Shown here: positions 12,301 through 25,400 of the stretch, one piece after another
Layout: each line of letters starts with the position of its first letter
Position numbering within the stretch: the first letter of the stretch is position 1
Source of the DNA: Nymphaea colorata
Lineage: Eukaryota
Assembly (NCBI RefSeq): GCF_008831285.2
Contig: NC_045138.2
Coordinates: 42,222,001 to 42,286,000, forward strand
Reading direction: 5' to 3'
Length of the DNA: 64,000 nt
Notes under the pieces: generated by a model
The model's database searches: none
Seen by the model: only the letters and a program-made list of their open reading frames with translations
Told to the model about the DNA's origin: nothing
Made by a program: the position numbers and the translations under genes

Positions 12301-15300
12301 AAAGTTCGGTGAGCTGAGTTGTGCTAAGTTGGCTTGAGCTGATGTGAGCTGGCCCTAACTGCTCATAGGGTGCTCGTGGAGATGGGAACCTCCTAATTGG
12401 ATTTGTTTTGGAGAATTCTCTAAGAGTTTTCTAAAGCTCAGGAGAACAAGGGTCAATTGGTCACCTGGTGGGGTCTAATGGTTCTGGATCCCAGTAGGTG
12501 TTTGCCGCCCAAGTGGGGTAGGTTCAACTGGCATTATGTAAAGGGCTACACATTTCCGAACCAGTTTGAAAACAAGCGAACATGTCATCCAAATAGAAAT
12601 TTGGTGAAATGGAAAAAATTTGGAACTTCTATAAGGCGCAACTGACTCTCTTCCAGGTAGATAAACTCCCGGCCCACCCGGACATTTGGAAAAAACAAAA
12701 AAAGAATGAACTTAGACCATCGGTTGGGCACTACCTTTGGCCTATCTAAGAGGTATGCACAAGTCTCTGTGTGCTATGTTTCAAGAGCATTGGTTGAACA
12801 CTACAACAGTAAGCGGTGCTCTTAATTAACAGTGGTTGGAGAGAAAGACAAGCTGTACAAAAACCAACATAATCCTTAAGAGAAACACAGAAAAGGCATA
12901 GTTCTTTTTTGCAAAAAAAAAAAAAAAGAGAGAACACAATACAGAATTGAAAACAGAACTGGTATTCATGTCCACACAAAAGCTTAGTTCAATTACTCGC
13001 TATTTATAACCAAAGCAGCAGAAAATTAAAAAGAAAAACTGAAAGAAACAAACTGCCCGGCCCATTTGGAAGGCTTGGCTAACCTCACAACCCACTTTGC
13101 ATATCGACACCTTTTATGCACGAAATGGGAACTGCTGTGCAGCTGAAGAAAAGGCCCAATACATCGTCGTGGATGGCCTGATGGCCTGTGCGATCCGTCA
13201 ATACTGTTCCATGTAAACCCACGGAACAATGCATAACATAACGGTGTATAACATGATTTTCGCATTATGCATTTAGCTAAGGGGCAATTTAAGTTTAAAT
13301 TTCAAACTTTAAGAAGCATTCATGTGTAAAAAACTGAAAATTAATGAACTTTTTTGTATATAAATAAAGTAAACTTTGTAGGCTGGTGTTGCTACAACAT
13401 GCATGGCTTCGGCACTGGCATTAACGGAACACATCTGTTACTCCTGTCCTTGTCCAGGTGTTTGCGTCGAATTCGGAAGCATGGAACATGGCCCCCTTCT
13501 CTTTCACCGCTTCTGACTCGAATCAAATGCCCTTTAAACGAATCACATATTTCCATGTTTCAGTAGGAAAAGGAGGGCCTTGAGATAGATAAACCACTAC
13601 CGTCAAAAATTAATTTGACAAACTAAAGCATGCAAGCCAAATATCGAATAACTTGTTACCATATAACCACGTACATAGACCTACAAGTTCTAACAGAGTA
13701 TCTAAGTATCTAAGCAACCAACCGCAAGAAATTTCAGAATTTCTTTGAATTGATGAAGGAAAACTTTCAAAATCTTTCTCAAGAGGGAATGACTACTAAT
13801 TTCTCAAGAGAGTTTGAGAAACATATTAAGTCATGTTGCTGATTTTCAGGATCTTCAAATGACACCCTCAAATATCCGGCTTTGTAAAAACTTCCCTTTT
13901 GAAAACCAGTTTTTTTTTTTTTAATCACTGGGTCTTGGCCAAACTTAGTTTTCATGTCATCCAGATACCCCGTGAACCTGGTTTTAGCTAGATTGTCAAA
14001 CAAACGCTTCCTACATGTTTTTTCTGTTTTTACAATAAGCTTTACACGCAAATTGTTTTCGTTTTTTATTTTGTTGAATAAAGTTTATTTTCAATTAAAA
14101 AATTTGGAAATACTATAAATCTTACAAAAGTGTGCAACATGTCAAACTTAGTATCAACCACAACATTTACTCTCTCTCTCTATAGATGTGTACGCACATG
14201 TGGAATTATTCACATTATTGCAGGTAACAATGACAAAATATAAGTTTAGAAGCATAGTGCAAAAACTAATGGTTTTGGCACGTTTATGGCATACTCACTA
14301 AGCCTCCCATCTGCCAAAGGGACCCCTAAAGAAGAAAATTAATTTCACCAACAACAGTTTGTCTATTGGGGCGACTTGCAACTCCTAGCAGTTTGCATGA
14401 GAAAATTGAGCTTTTCTGGTGTAGATTTGAGTAAAGATAAAATGTGGTTGGTATTTGAAATTTTCTCAAATACCTCTTGAAATATTAGTTTTTTAATTAT
14501 TTAACAAAAAGATTTCATGTTTTAAGATAACCTAAATTTGGAACATTAATTTTTAATTATTTAACAAAAATATGTAAAAAGTATGTAGCTGCATGCTTAA
14601 AACGTCTTTCTCAAGTAAACAAAGCAGTGTTTAAATGACACTCCAAAGCACCGTTTTACGTCCTAAAATTTTTACATATTTTATATGAACCAAGTTATAG
14701 TTTATAATAAAAATAAAAAAGTATCAATAGATTCAATGCATACTGTTAGTGCATATATATTGAGGAGTCGAGATTTGTTTGAAATGCACGTTCGTTGGCA
14801 GAGAGTTACCAATTATTTTAATAAATATTCAGTTTAATTGTTAAAAAAAGTTGAACTCTTACCGAACTGATACTGCCGATTAATGACACCGTATCGCTCC
14901 AAACCCGAGACTAACGGCAGGAGAAAAAAACAAGAGTTTTGTAAGCGGGACCCAGAATCCGAGCAAGTGCGCAACTGTTTCCGAGTGTGACTGGTGGCCC
15001 ACTTCCCACGAAGTTCCTCACATAAACCTGCGTTGTGATTGCCAGTAAATAGGGGGGCACCAAGATAAGGGAACGGGAGATTAAAACTTATATAACAGAT
15101 TCAATCAAGTAACAACTAACAAATAAAAAGAAAGTTTCTTTTGCAATTCTTTTCTTATATTTGGAAAAGAATCTGCCAAGGAGGATCTGATGAAAGTTGG
15201 CCATGAACAACCCGTTCTTATCCTGAATATACATAAACAGCTCCTCCATAGACTTCGAATTTGTTTATGATTTATTGTATGGCTTTAAACACATCATGTA

Positions 15301-16869
15301 CACCAAAAGAAAAAAGCCATTCTGCTTGATCTCCTTATGCATGAGAGCGCCAACTGTTGCCAACCCATCAATGGAACCTCAATGACCTCATTAGCACAGA
15401 AAGGACAACAACAAGAACACGAGATAACAGTCATTGTCATAATAAAGAAAGCACATCGAATCTGGAAAACCAATTTTCAGCATGTTGTTTAGGTGATGTG
15501 TTGATGACTATTTTTTAAGTAGTCAAGTGAAAGACATAGAAGATTACTCAAACATCCTGAAGTTTGATCCTGACAACTGAAAAGAAGTCCTCAATATTGC
15601 ATAGGCGCTCCTCCTTCCTATAATGTCAAGGTTGCTGGAAAAAACTGAGCTTGCTATTTCCAAAACATACTAAAAAGCTTGAATCTTGACATCTTCTATG
15701 TTAAAGTTCCAACCACTTATTCCATGCTTGTATTCATTCCTCAAAAAGTCAAACCCACTTTTAAAAAGAGAGACCTGTGTAGAGAAGAGGCAATATATCG
15801 ACATGCACTACCAATTACCAAGGAAATGAAACATTTATACATCAACTTAATCTAATACCAAAGAAGCAAATAGAAACAAGGCATGCAACGGTTGATGATA
15901 GAACAAGTCATTTCACAGAAAAAATTGGTTGAAATATTAAAAAAAGGACATGTATAATTTCTTTATCTGTGAATAGCTATTCAACAGATCAACCTAGTAA
16001 AGAAGACCAGCTACCACATAAATTGGAGATAGAGTTATACACATTCACACAGAAACCTTAGTAACTTGCTCTGACATGCACTTATGTGACAAGCAATTCA
16101 CTTAAAATGAATTCTCCATGTAAATAATCAGCAAGGTGCACCACTAAATTATTAACATGGTTTATCTTAACAATAAATCATAGAGCTGACCATATTCTCA
16201 AAGAACTATAACTATAATGAGAAATAGATGTCAAGATGCAATAAAGAAGACAATATGAACTGCAAATTAGGAAGAAAGAGGAACTACTTGTAAGAAAGAA
16301 TTTCTCTCAAACTTGAAAGCAATTTTGGGAGTACTCATGGGACAAACTTGAGACATCTTACTTGTATGATTAGTGAAAGTAAGAGATGTAATATCATCAT
16401 CAATAAACGATCAGAAAAATTGAACCAAAGAAGTAACAAGGTGCAAACTGGCAAGCAAGATAAATATAAGCACCTATGTAGAGACACATGAAACATAGTA
16501 AGCAGAAAGGCAAGACAATAAAATTTACATGCTTTGGTGTAAAATCACACATAAATCCACGGCAAAAGGGTACTATCAAGGATGTTCAATTCAATAGGCC
16601 TTGGTGCTCTTTTTACTTTTTTTTTTTAATTTACAATCACCATCATTACAATTAGTTCCACCATTGTCGTCTCCTTGATTGTAGGAGCTATTATGCATGG
16701 GGATCATATTTGATTTACACAAAATATTTTCAGATTTTTCATTTTTGTTTCTATGTTTATCAACAGTCCCTGCCTTGCTCTAATCGATAAACCTGGTAAC
16801 ATCTCCATGACCTATAGTTGCCTTTTCTTTTGCACCATTCATGCTGCTATGGTTACTAGCCTCCCTCAA

Positions 16870-18960
16870 ACTGCATGGCATGCCAGTTTGCCTCTTTAAT
16901 TTTTAAAACTGGCTCTAGATAGGGTCTTAGTAAAGATATCGACCACCTGTTGAGTTGAAAGCACGAACTGTGTATTGAGAAGTCCAAGAGCAAACTTTTC
17001 TTGTAAAAACCGATAATCAAGCTCTACATGCATGTTTCATGCAAGAATGAAATATAAGCTTGATTGACTTGAACTGTGGACATGTTGTCACAATACAACA
17101 TAGATGGATTGCTTAAATACACCTGAATGTCTTTAAGTATGTAGGTGATTCATGTCAATTTAGCAGCAGCAAAAGTCATAAAAGTGACATGCAGCTTATG
17201 TCGTTGTTCTTGCTACGGTAGGTTGCTTTTTCACCGCTGTAGATCGCCTGTCTCTTGACACCTAGTCCAATCAGAGCCCAAAAAGGCATGAAGGCCAAGT
17301 TGTTCTTGACAATATAGCTTACATCCAAATTCTATAGTTCCATGTATGTACCAAACTAACCTTTTAACAAGCTGAAAATGACTCAGCATAGGTGTTTGCA
17401 CATATTAACCAAGAAAATTTAATGGCAAATGAGATATCTGGCCTGGTGAATATAATATATTGAAGGCTTTCCACCAGACTTACAAAGAGCATTGTATCTG
17501 AACAAATTGTATCTTTGTCAGGCTGCTTGTAATTTTGGACAAGTCGGTATTACTGCTGACTTGCAAGATGTCATATTGGTCTTCTCCAAAAGACTAAAGG
17601 CATATCGACTTTGATTGAGAAATAGTCCACCTCAAATCTTTACCACTTCAACACCAACAAACTGAAGAACATAACCAAGTCTATCATTATAAATTCTTTT
17701 ACTTAAATTCGCAATAAATTCTTTAAGAAAGGCATAGTTGCTTCCAGTAAAAATACTATCACCGACATACAGGAGTAATAAAATAATTCCCTTGTTTTCA
17801 TGGCAAATGAATAAGGAAAAATCTAAAGTACTTGAAAATAACCCCTTAGATAGAAGATAAGTGCCAAAGCCATCATACCATGCTATTGGCGGTTAACAAA
17901 GTCCATCAAGAGCATCATGCAGCTTACAAACACGATAGGGCCTTTTAAAATCAACAAATCCTTGTCTGTTGTTCAATAACAATAGTCTGATCAACATCTC
18001 TGTGGCAAAAAGTGTTCTTGACATGCATTTGCCGGATGTCCCAGTTGTGAGATAAGAAAATAGTTAAGACGATTTGTATTGTAGTTGGTTTAATTACCAG
18101 CGAGAATGTTTCTAAAAAATCAACTTCTAGAATTATGAGTGAACCCACTTGCAACCAACCTAACTTTTAGTCTTTCAACTATGCCATTAGTTTTCAGTTT
18201 TGTTTTGAAAACCCACCTTGTTGATATAACATTCATATCATGTGTATGAGAAACCAAGGTCCAAGTTTGGCATTGTTTAAGTGCCCTCATTTCTTCTTCC
18301 ATGGCCGTGACCCACAATAGGACTTGGAAGGCTTGCTTTACACTTTTTGGCTCTAGAGGTAGTCCTAAGTTCAAAACATATTTTGGATTGGGTTTAGATA
18401 TTGCATCCTTGGTATGTGTGACCATAGCATGGGTATTGAATCTAGTAGATGCACGAGGCAATGGGTTATCCTCTTGTTGAATATTTGCTAAATTTTCTTC
18501 ATGATTTATCTCACCACCTGTCATTACATTATCACTTTGGGGTTCCTCATGTTGAAACGTGGGGTGGACTGAACTCTCCCTTCCTCAATATAGTAATGTA
18601 AAAGGTACCTCTGAGTTTGCAAAGGAGCATGGTCTTTTAAGAGTGACACTTAGTTACTCACGGGCTTTTTGAGTGATGTGTGGCTGAACTTTTTCATGTT
18701 CATTTCAGTCACTAAATGTAACTCCATCCAGTAGAAGAAGAAGATAACGATACACCAGGTTGTTTGAATGGAAAACAGTTTTCATAAAAAAATGACATGT
18801 GATATCTAAATGTTAGCAATTTTTTTATTAAAACTTTTACAAATATTCAGTAGGTGAAAGCATTTGTATCCCTTATGAACAAACCTATATCCCATGAAAA
18901 TGCACTGGAGAGATAGAGGCCCAAGTTTGTTTGGGGCGTAATCACTTAAGTACACACTAA
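16870..18960 (-). mobile_element. Old Ty1/copia internal remnant (integrase C-terminus, RT, RNase H); no recognisable LTRs
   Basis: WVTAMEEEMRAL...WVFKTKLKTNGIVERLKVRLVA (18120-18524), FLETFSLVIKPTTI (17951-18154), HVELDYRFLQEK...VDIFTKTL (~16920-17030) and KLGPLSLQCIFMGY..HKGYKC (~18860-18940). Confidence 0.8.
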
Positions 18961-20596
18961 ATTTTTCTAAACGTTAGCAAAAAAAAATCAAATGTTGTTG
19001 TGGATTCTCTATAGTTGAAAGATTCAGCAGCAAGAATGTATTTTCTTTGTTATTTAGGACTTTAGTAACCATATTTATCATTGGTAAAGGTTTTTTAAAG
19101 GTGCACAAATAGTAACAAAAAGTGTTTTCATTGCTAATATTTTCCCCTTTATGAACAAACCCAAAATCGTTATTTAATAGACTATATTCTACCCCCACCT
19201 TTCACGAGTTTTCTTTCTTTTCTTTCCATGAATTTTTTAAAACCCCATGAGCTTCCCCTCTTCCCGCTGCAAGTTTTTCCAAACTCCTTGAGTCTGGTTG
19301 TTGGTTTTTCCAAAATTTTTCAGGCAACTTTTCTCAAGTTGTTGGTTTTTCTTTTCCCACTCCATCCTTTGGCAATCAATTGGGGGCATCTGGCATGAAC
19401 GTTCCCATGATGTGTCATTCTTCTTCATCCCTAGCACAAAGAACCCGTTGCCTGTGCTTGACAGCTTTGCTCCCCTCCTCTCTTCTCCTCTTGTGCATGA
19501 GGTCACTTCTACTCCTGCTAGTGACCATGCTCCCATTTGTTCGATTGAGGATAAGTGTATGTGTGACCTGTTTCATGTAAAAGGTACCTCTGATTTTGCA
19601 AAGGAGCATGGTCTTTTAAGAGTGACACTTGGTTACTCATGGTCTTTTTGAGTGATGTGCGGTTGAACTTTTCATGTTCATTTCAGTCACTAAATGTAAC
19701 TCCATCCTCTTGAGTAGAAGAAGAAGATAACAATACACGAGATTGTTTGAATGGAAAAAAGTTTTCATCAAAAAATGACATGTGATATCTAAACGTTAGC
19801 AATTCTTTGATGAAAACTTTTACAAATATTCAGTGGGTGAAAGGATGTGTATCCCTTATGAACAGACCAATATCCCATGAACATGCAATAGAGAGATAGA
19901 GGCCCAAGTTTGTTTGGGGCATAATTCCTTAAGTACGCACTACAAATTTTTCTAACTTTAGTCACGTAGAATGAATTTGCATTGCTATTTTTCTAAACGT
20001 TAGCAAAAAAACTCAAATGTTGTTGCAGATTCTCTACAGCTGAAAGATTTAGCAGCAAGAATATGTTTTCATTGTTATTTTAGACTTTAGTAACCATATT
20101 TATCATTGGTGAAGGTTTTTTAAAGTTGCACAAATAGTAACAAAAAGTGTTTTCATTGCTAATATTTTCCCCTTTATCAACAAACTCAAAATCGTTATTG
20201 AATAGACTATATACTACCCCCACCTCCCACGAGTTTTCTTTCTTTTCTTCCCATGAATTTTTTAAAACCCCATGAGCTTCCCCTCTTCCTGCTGCAAGTT
20301 TTTCCAAACTCTATGAGTCTGGTTGTTGGTTTTTCCAAACTTTTTCAGGCAACTTTTCTCTGGTTATTGGTTTTTCTTCTCCCACTCCATCCTTTGGCGA
20401 TCGATTAGGGGCATCTAGCATGAACGTTCCCATGACGTGTCATTCTTCTTCATCCTTAGCACAAAGAATCCGTTGCCTGTGTCTGACAGCTTTGCTCCCC
20501 TCCTCTCTTCTCCTCTTGTGCATGATGTCGCTTCTACTCCTGTTAGTGACCATGCTCCCACTTGTTCGATTGAGGATAAGTGTACATGTGACCTGT
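18596..20596. repeat. ~1-kb tandem duplication (18596-19571 and 19575-20596)
   Basis: Both copies start ATGTAAAAGGTACCTCTGA and end GTGACCTGT. They are colinear with scattered substitutions, and the second copy has ~45 extra bp at ~19955-20000. Confidence 0.9.
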
Positions 20597-20806
20597 GAAA
20601 CTCTACTGTTGATTCATCGCTTGTAACTCTTCATGCCATTGTCGCCCGATCTTTAACTCCGCTCTTGCAATTTTGAGAATCGCCACTGCCTGGTCTCCGT
20701 CTCTCGTTGTCGTCTTTGTTCTGTTTGCCCTTGTACTTACATATGTGGGTGTTTTAATTTATTCATTTTAATTGTGGAGTGTATGTGTGTGGCAACTTAA
20801 ATATTG

Positions 20807-21332
20807 CTCTAAAGAAACACCAGAAAATCGCTGATAGGAGGAAAAGGGAAGAAGAAATAAGAAAAGAAAAGGTTCAGGCAGAGGTAATAAGTCATAGAAG
20901 CCTTTACGGACCCGTGAGACACGTCGGTAAGGCATTACTTAAAAACGTAGGTAATGATAATGCAATAAACATTACCAACATAATGAAAATGGCATTAGCA
21001 ACGTCCATAGCCAACATGTCGATCAAAATAGAGTTTCAGCAACGTGCGATGCTTGTATCGGTAATGTTTCAACAATGCAGTGAATGCCCCATGTCGGTAA
21101 AAATTAGATCAATACATGTACTTTTTACCAATGCACTTAGCTAGACATCGATAATCTTCAACATCAAAAATTTCATCGACCCGAAAACTGTAACGCGTCA
21201 GTAAAAATGAACCTTCAATGACATAATAGCTCCATGTGTTGGTGAAGGCTTTTTTAACTAACTTCCTCTTCGACTTCGGTGAAAACTGCGTTATATTTTT
21301 CATGCGTCATTGAAACCATATTTTTTTTAGTG
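20807..21332. mobile_element. Possible non-autonomous CACTA remnant
   Basis: The right end TTTTTTTAGTG reads CACTAAAAAAA on the minus strand, and GTCGGTAA-like subterminal motifs recur (~20923, 21057, 21093, 21197, 21275). The left end is degenerate and there is no clean TSD. Confidence 0.35.
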
Positions 21333-21887
21333 CACCCTCAAAGTACATATGTTTGCATTTGTAGGACCCTAGGCTTGAACTCGCTCTCATACAAACGATA
21401 TCAATTTATGTACTTGCATATTGGACTTAGGCTTCCAGTTCAATATATCCCAGCCTGCCCCTAGTGGTCTTGATTTTAGCCTCAAAAAGGTTAGAAATAA
21501 GATCAATTAAGCTTTTAATATCTCTCTCTCTCTCTCTCAAGTGCTCAAAAACTTCCAACAACCTTCAAATAAATTTCAACAAAGGGGTGTCGTATTATAT
21601 ACAGAACCTTAGCATTGCTTAACCATCACCTTCTCACAAATTTTAATGGTAGAAACCTAGCTAAACAAAATTTTATAATATAATAAAATGCAATTACAAG
21701 TCAATAATTAAGCCAATATGATCGAAAATGCAAAATATGATCAAGAAAAAATCAACGACATAAGAAAAGAAAGCAGAAAAGCTACGGCTTGTACTATTTT
21801 TCTGACAACAGTCTGATTTGCATATACGGTAGGTTCTTGCATCGCAAGAAGCAGAAGCAGCCTCTACTACCACAAAAGAGGGTTAAT

Positions 21888-21895
21888 TACGTGGC
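21888..21895 (+). promoter_or_regulatory. ABRE-like element TACGTGGC, ~420 bp upstream of the NHX ATG
   Basis: Exact ACGTGGC core, with a related GCGTGGC at ~21984. Motif match only. Confidence 0.3.
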
Positions 21896-22305
21896 CCCTA
21901 TGGCATGCAAAACACAAGCGACAAAATATATCTATGTTTAAGAGCAGCACTTTTTGTTGAGCAAGAGATGACGGAGGCAGCGGGCGTGGCCGCACGCAGA
22001 AGAAGGTAGCTAGCGGCGTCCATGTGTTAATCTACCGCGCTGTCCGCGTCATCCTCCTCCTTCTTCCTTCTCCCACCACGTCCACAGCCATGAGGCGCGC
22101 CAGCTCCACCGCCTCCTTGCATGGCGGCGGCAAATTAAGGTCCATCTTCCGCCAACGAATCTGCAGCCTCTTCACCTTCCTCTTTCCCGGCCGATCGCAG
22201 TACCCCTCGACCTTTTCGTCTCTCTGTTATTTTCTTCTACTGCAAAGGAAGAGGAAAAGGAAGAAGAACTGGTAGCTAGCTCTTGATTAATTTCCTCGAG
22301 TTATT

Positions 22306-22467
22306 ATGTCGATGCTTCCATTACAGGATTGGGTTTTGAACGGGGCGGATCGAAGTCGCGTGGTGTCGATATCGGTGTTCGTGGCGGTGCTTTGCCTCTG
22401 CATCGTCATCGGTCACCTGATCCAGGAGAGCCGGTGGGTGAAGGAGTCGTTCGCCGCTCTTTTGATA
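22306..22467 (+). CDS. NHX: NHX exon 1 (MSMLPLQDW...[12 protein letters not shown])
   Basis: ATG at 22306, [15 protein letters not shown] motif, donor ATA|GTAAGT. Confidence 0.9.
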
Positions 22468-25400
22468 GTAAGTTCTCCTCTTTCTTCTCCCTTACGTGCT
22501 CGATTTGATTTGATTGAAGCATCAACTATATGTGAACGGAACCGATTGCGTTAATTTGTTCGTTGACTCACGCCACCATGACAGTTGAATTTTTCTTACT
22601 GTTTAGTTCCTCGGTAAAATATTTCTCTCGTTACACGTGTTAGTGTGATCGATCGATTTTCCAACAAGAATTTTAGTATTGGTGCATTCTGAAGTTGAAG
22701 ATATGAGACTGGATGTTATTGATTGATTGAGAAGAAATCTGAGCCTAGCTACTATATTATATATATGGTCGATTTTCTCATAATAATCTTATTTGAAATC
22801 TTATTTAGAGATCAGATTTTCATGTTGTTTCTACAAACTTCACTCCTACATACAAATATGTACTTTTACAAAACATGCGTATGCGCGAAATATGTGAATT
22901 GACCAGCAGGGAACAATACGTAAGATGAGATACATAAGCCAAGGAGATTCAAACTGACACATCTGAAAATATCTTCGTTTCTTTGGAGACGCATAATGTT
23001 TTCTACGAGAAATGAGTCCATTAGAATGTTAAAAGTGAAATTAGCTGGGCGTGATAATCTCACTTTTTCACGCACGAAAAAACACCGATCATTTTTCCAT
23101 TATTAGTTTTCTATTAATAATAATCGTTTAACACAAACAAGTACCGAATAAAAGGGATTTATTTTACTGTCCAAAAGAAAAGTACATGGAGTCTCTCTCC
23201 CCTCATTTATGATGACATGTTATCTCTTTTTCTGTGTACTCATTTGATTTAAGCGCCCATGTCCGAGAGATATGGCTGAAAGGGACTTTGTCTAAATAGA
23301 ATGGGCAAAGGTGCATACATAACACATGTACTTAAAAGTGAGCTAGAGCCAAGTGGTTTACATAACCATCTCTTACCAAACATGGAGCTATCAAACACCG
23401 CACTATCTGGTCTGCCAACACACACATTGTTTAAAAGAAAAATAAAAATTGGTCATGTTTAGGACTTGATTAACTCTGATATCAACTAAAATACTTATCT
23501 TTTTACCTCCAACCCAAACAACTATGCTATGCTTTTGAAGTAAAAGTTAATAGGGGCTCATATTTTAACTTCCATCAAGCCCTCCAAAAGGTTTAAAATA
23601 TTTATCAAATGACATTTTTAACTTTGTTAAATTAAAATTGCTTTTTACAAAATAAAAAAAATAATAGACAGGCAGGAGGTGAGTCACAACTCTCGCTTGA
23701 AGGTTTGGTTGCCTCTCTCGAACGACCCTGGCCGCATCATTTTTTTTTATTTTGTAAAAGATTGATTTTAGTTTAAAAAATATTAAAAAATATAATTTGA
23801 TAATATATTTTATTGTTTTTAATAAGGAGTCCTGTTTGACGCCTCTGTTACTTAATTGTTATTGAAAGGGTTAGGACCCAGTTATATTGGCCCAAGGGTT
23901 GGGCGTCGTTTTATAATTTTTTCTTTCTTTTAACAACTATGACCCCAGCCAAAGGTGCAGGGAAACATAAGACCCGACTATTACGTTCTGCCCAAGCTTG
24001 CCACCACCACCATCATCGCATAGCAACGAGGGGGCTGGTGGTGTGCATCTTCAATTTAAACTACAGGCAACACTTCCTCGACTACAAAAGATGTGCCAGA
24101 CACTAGATTCGAGAGGTGCTCGGGTCATTAGATCATTCATGTCTCAAAACGGTCTTAAACCTAGGGGCAGGAGAGGGAAAGGGAGTGAGGTTTCACCTCT
24201 CCGTTCCTCTAAAATCTGCCACCATGAACAGTGAGTCTTTGCATCTACGTAATGCGGAAGAACCTTAGGTGGCATTTGATGGATTGGAATTTTGATTCAC
24301 CAATGAAAATTCAAGAATCATATTAAAATTCTAGGTTTCAGTTTCTTAATTTCAAAACCAAAATACCTCACTTGTTTAATAATTTTAATTTCTTAAAATT
24401 TAAGCATTTTGATTTTAAAATTTCATAATTTTAAAATACTACCAAAAGAGGTTGAAGCCCCTCCCCACTTCCTCATGCTCCAACTGCTTCAAAATCCGAG
24501 TGAATCTACCACAGCCATCGCTAACACGACATAACATATGACCTCGGAAGAAGGGGAATGGGGGACATTTTTTACTCTTTTCTGGCAGTGATTTGCTACA
24601 CAAATGCCTTAACCTGTCTCGAATTCCGTCCCTAAGCACAGGCACTGCATCTGGGACATTCGAAACGACGGACATTGATTTCCGATTTCATTCGATAATC
24701 ATAATCAACACTCAAAATAAAAAGAAAAGAAAAATTAAACAAACACGTTTTTCTTGTTTATTTATTTTCCTTTTTTCATGCATTTTCTTGAAAAAATGGC
24801 GATATTTGTCAACATTCTAGACAGACGTGCAAATACACACGTATATATTTCTACTTCCAACACATTCCGAGATGGTGTACTCTACGTCTCTACCATGGCT
24901 GGTGAAACGTAACGTACTTTTGTTTGCTCCCTTGAAACCTGATTGAAGTTTGTCTTAATCACTCTTCGCAGAAATTTCTTTTCGCAAGATTGGCATGTTG
25001 ATCAGCCAGAAAAGAAAGAAATTCTGGTTTTTTCCCCTCTCTTTTTAACTCATTTGAATGGATGAATGTACCTGATGCTTGTTATACTTTCATTGTTTCC
25101 TTGGTAGGGATGTGTTACTGGACTTATCATTTTGCTGTGGAGCAAGGGTGCTAGTTCACACATTTTGAGATTTGACCAAGACCTTTTCTTCATATATCTT
25201 CTCCCTCCGATAATCTTTAATGCAGGGTACTCGTTTATGTTCCCAGAAACTTGTCCTGTTTGTGCTATTGTGCTTGAGATCTGCATATGAGTTAAAGCTT
25301 TCTCGATCCCACGTGTTTTATAGGTTTCAAGTGAAGAAGAAGCAATTCTTTCATAATTTCCTAACCATCATGTTGTTTGGAGTTGTTGGGGTCTTTATAT

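Noticed and set aside
11700..12370. GAACT/AGTTC/GAGCT-rich tract (similar tract at 40490-40935)
   Set aside because: Probably decayed non-autonomous DNA-transposon sequence, but no termini or TSD could be defined.
12745..13100. Short stem AAGAGCA/TGCTCTT and a TAGCCAAG word suggestive of a small-RNA gene
   Set aside because: The stem is too short, and there is no full match to a miRNA or snoRNA sequence that I recognise.
15200..16450. Faint resemblance to a hAT transposase fossil
   Set aside because: No convincing motif (such as TRWNS or SESAFS) could be read in any frame; needs an HMM search.
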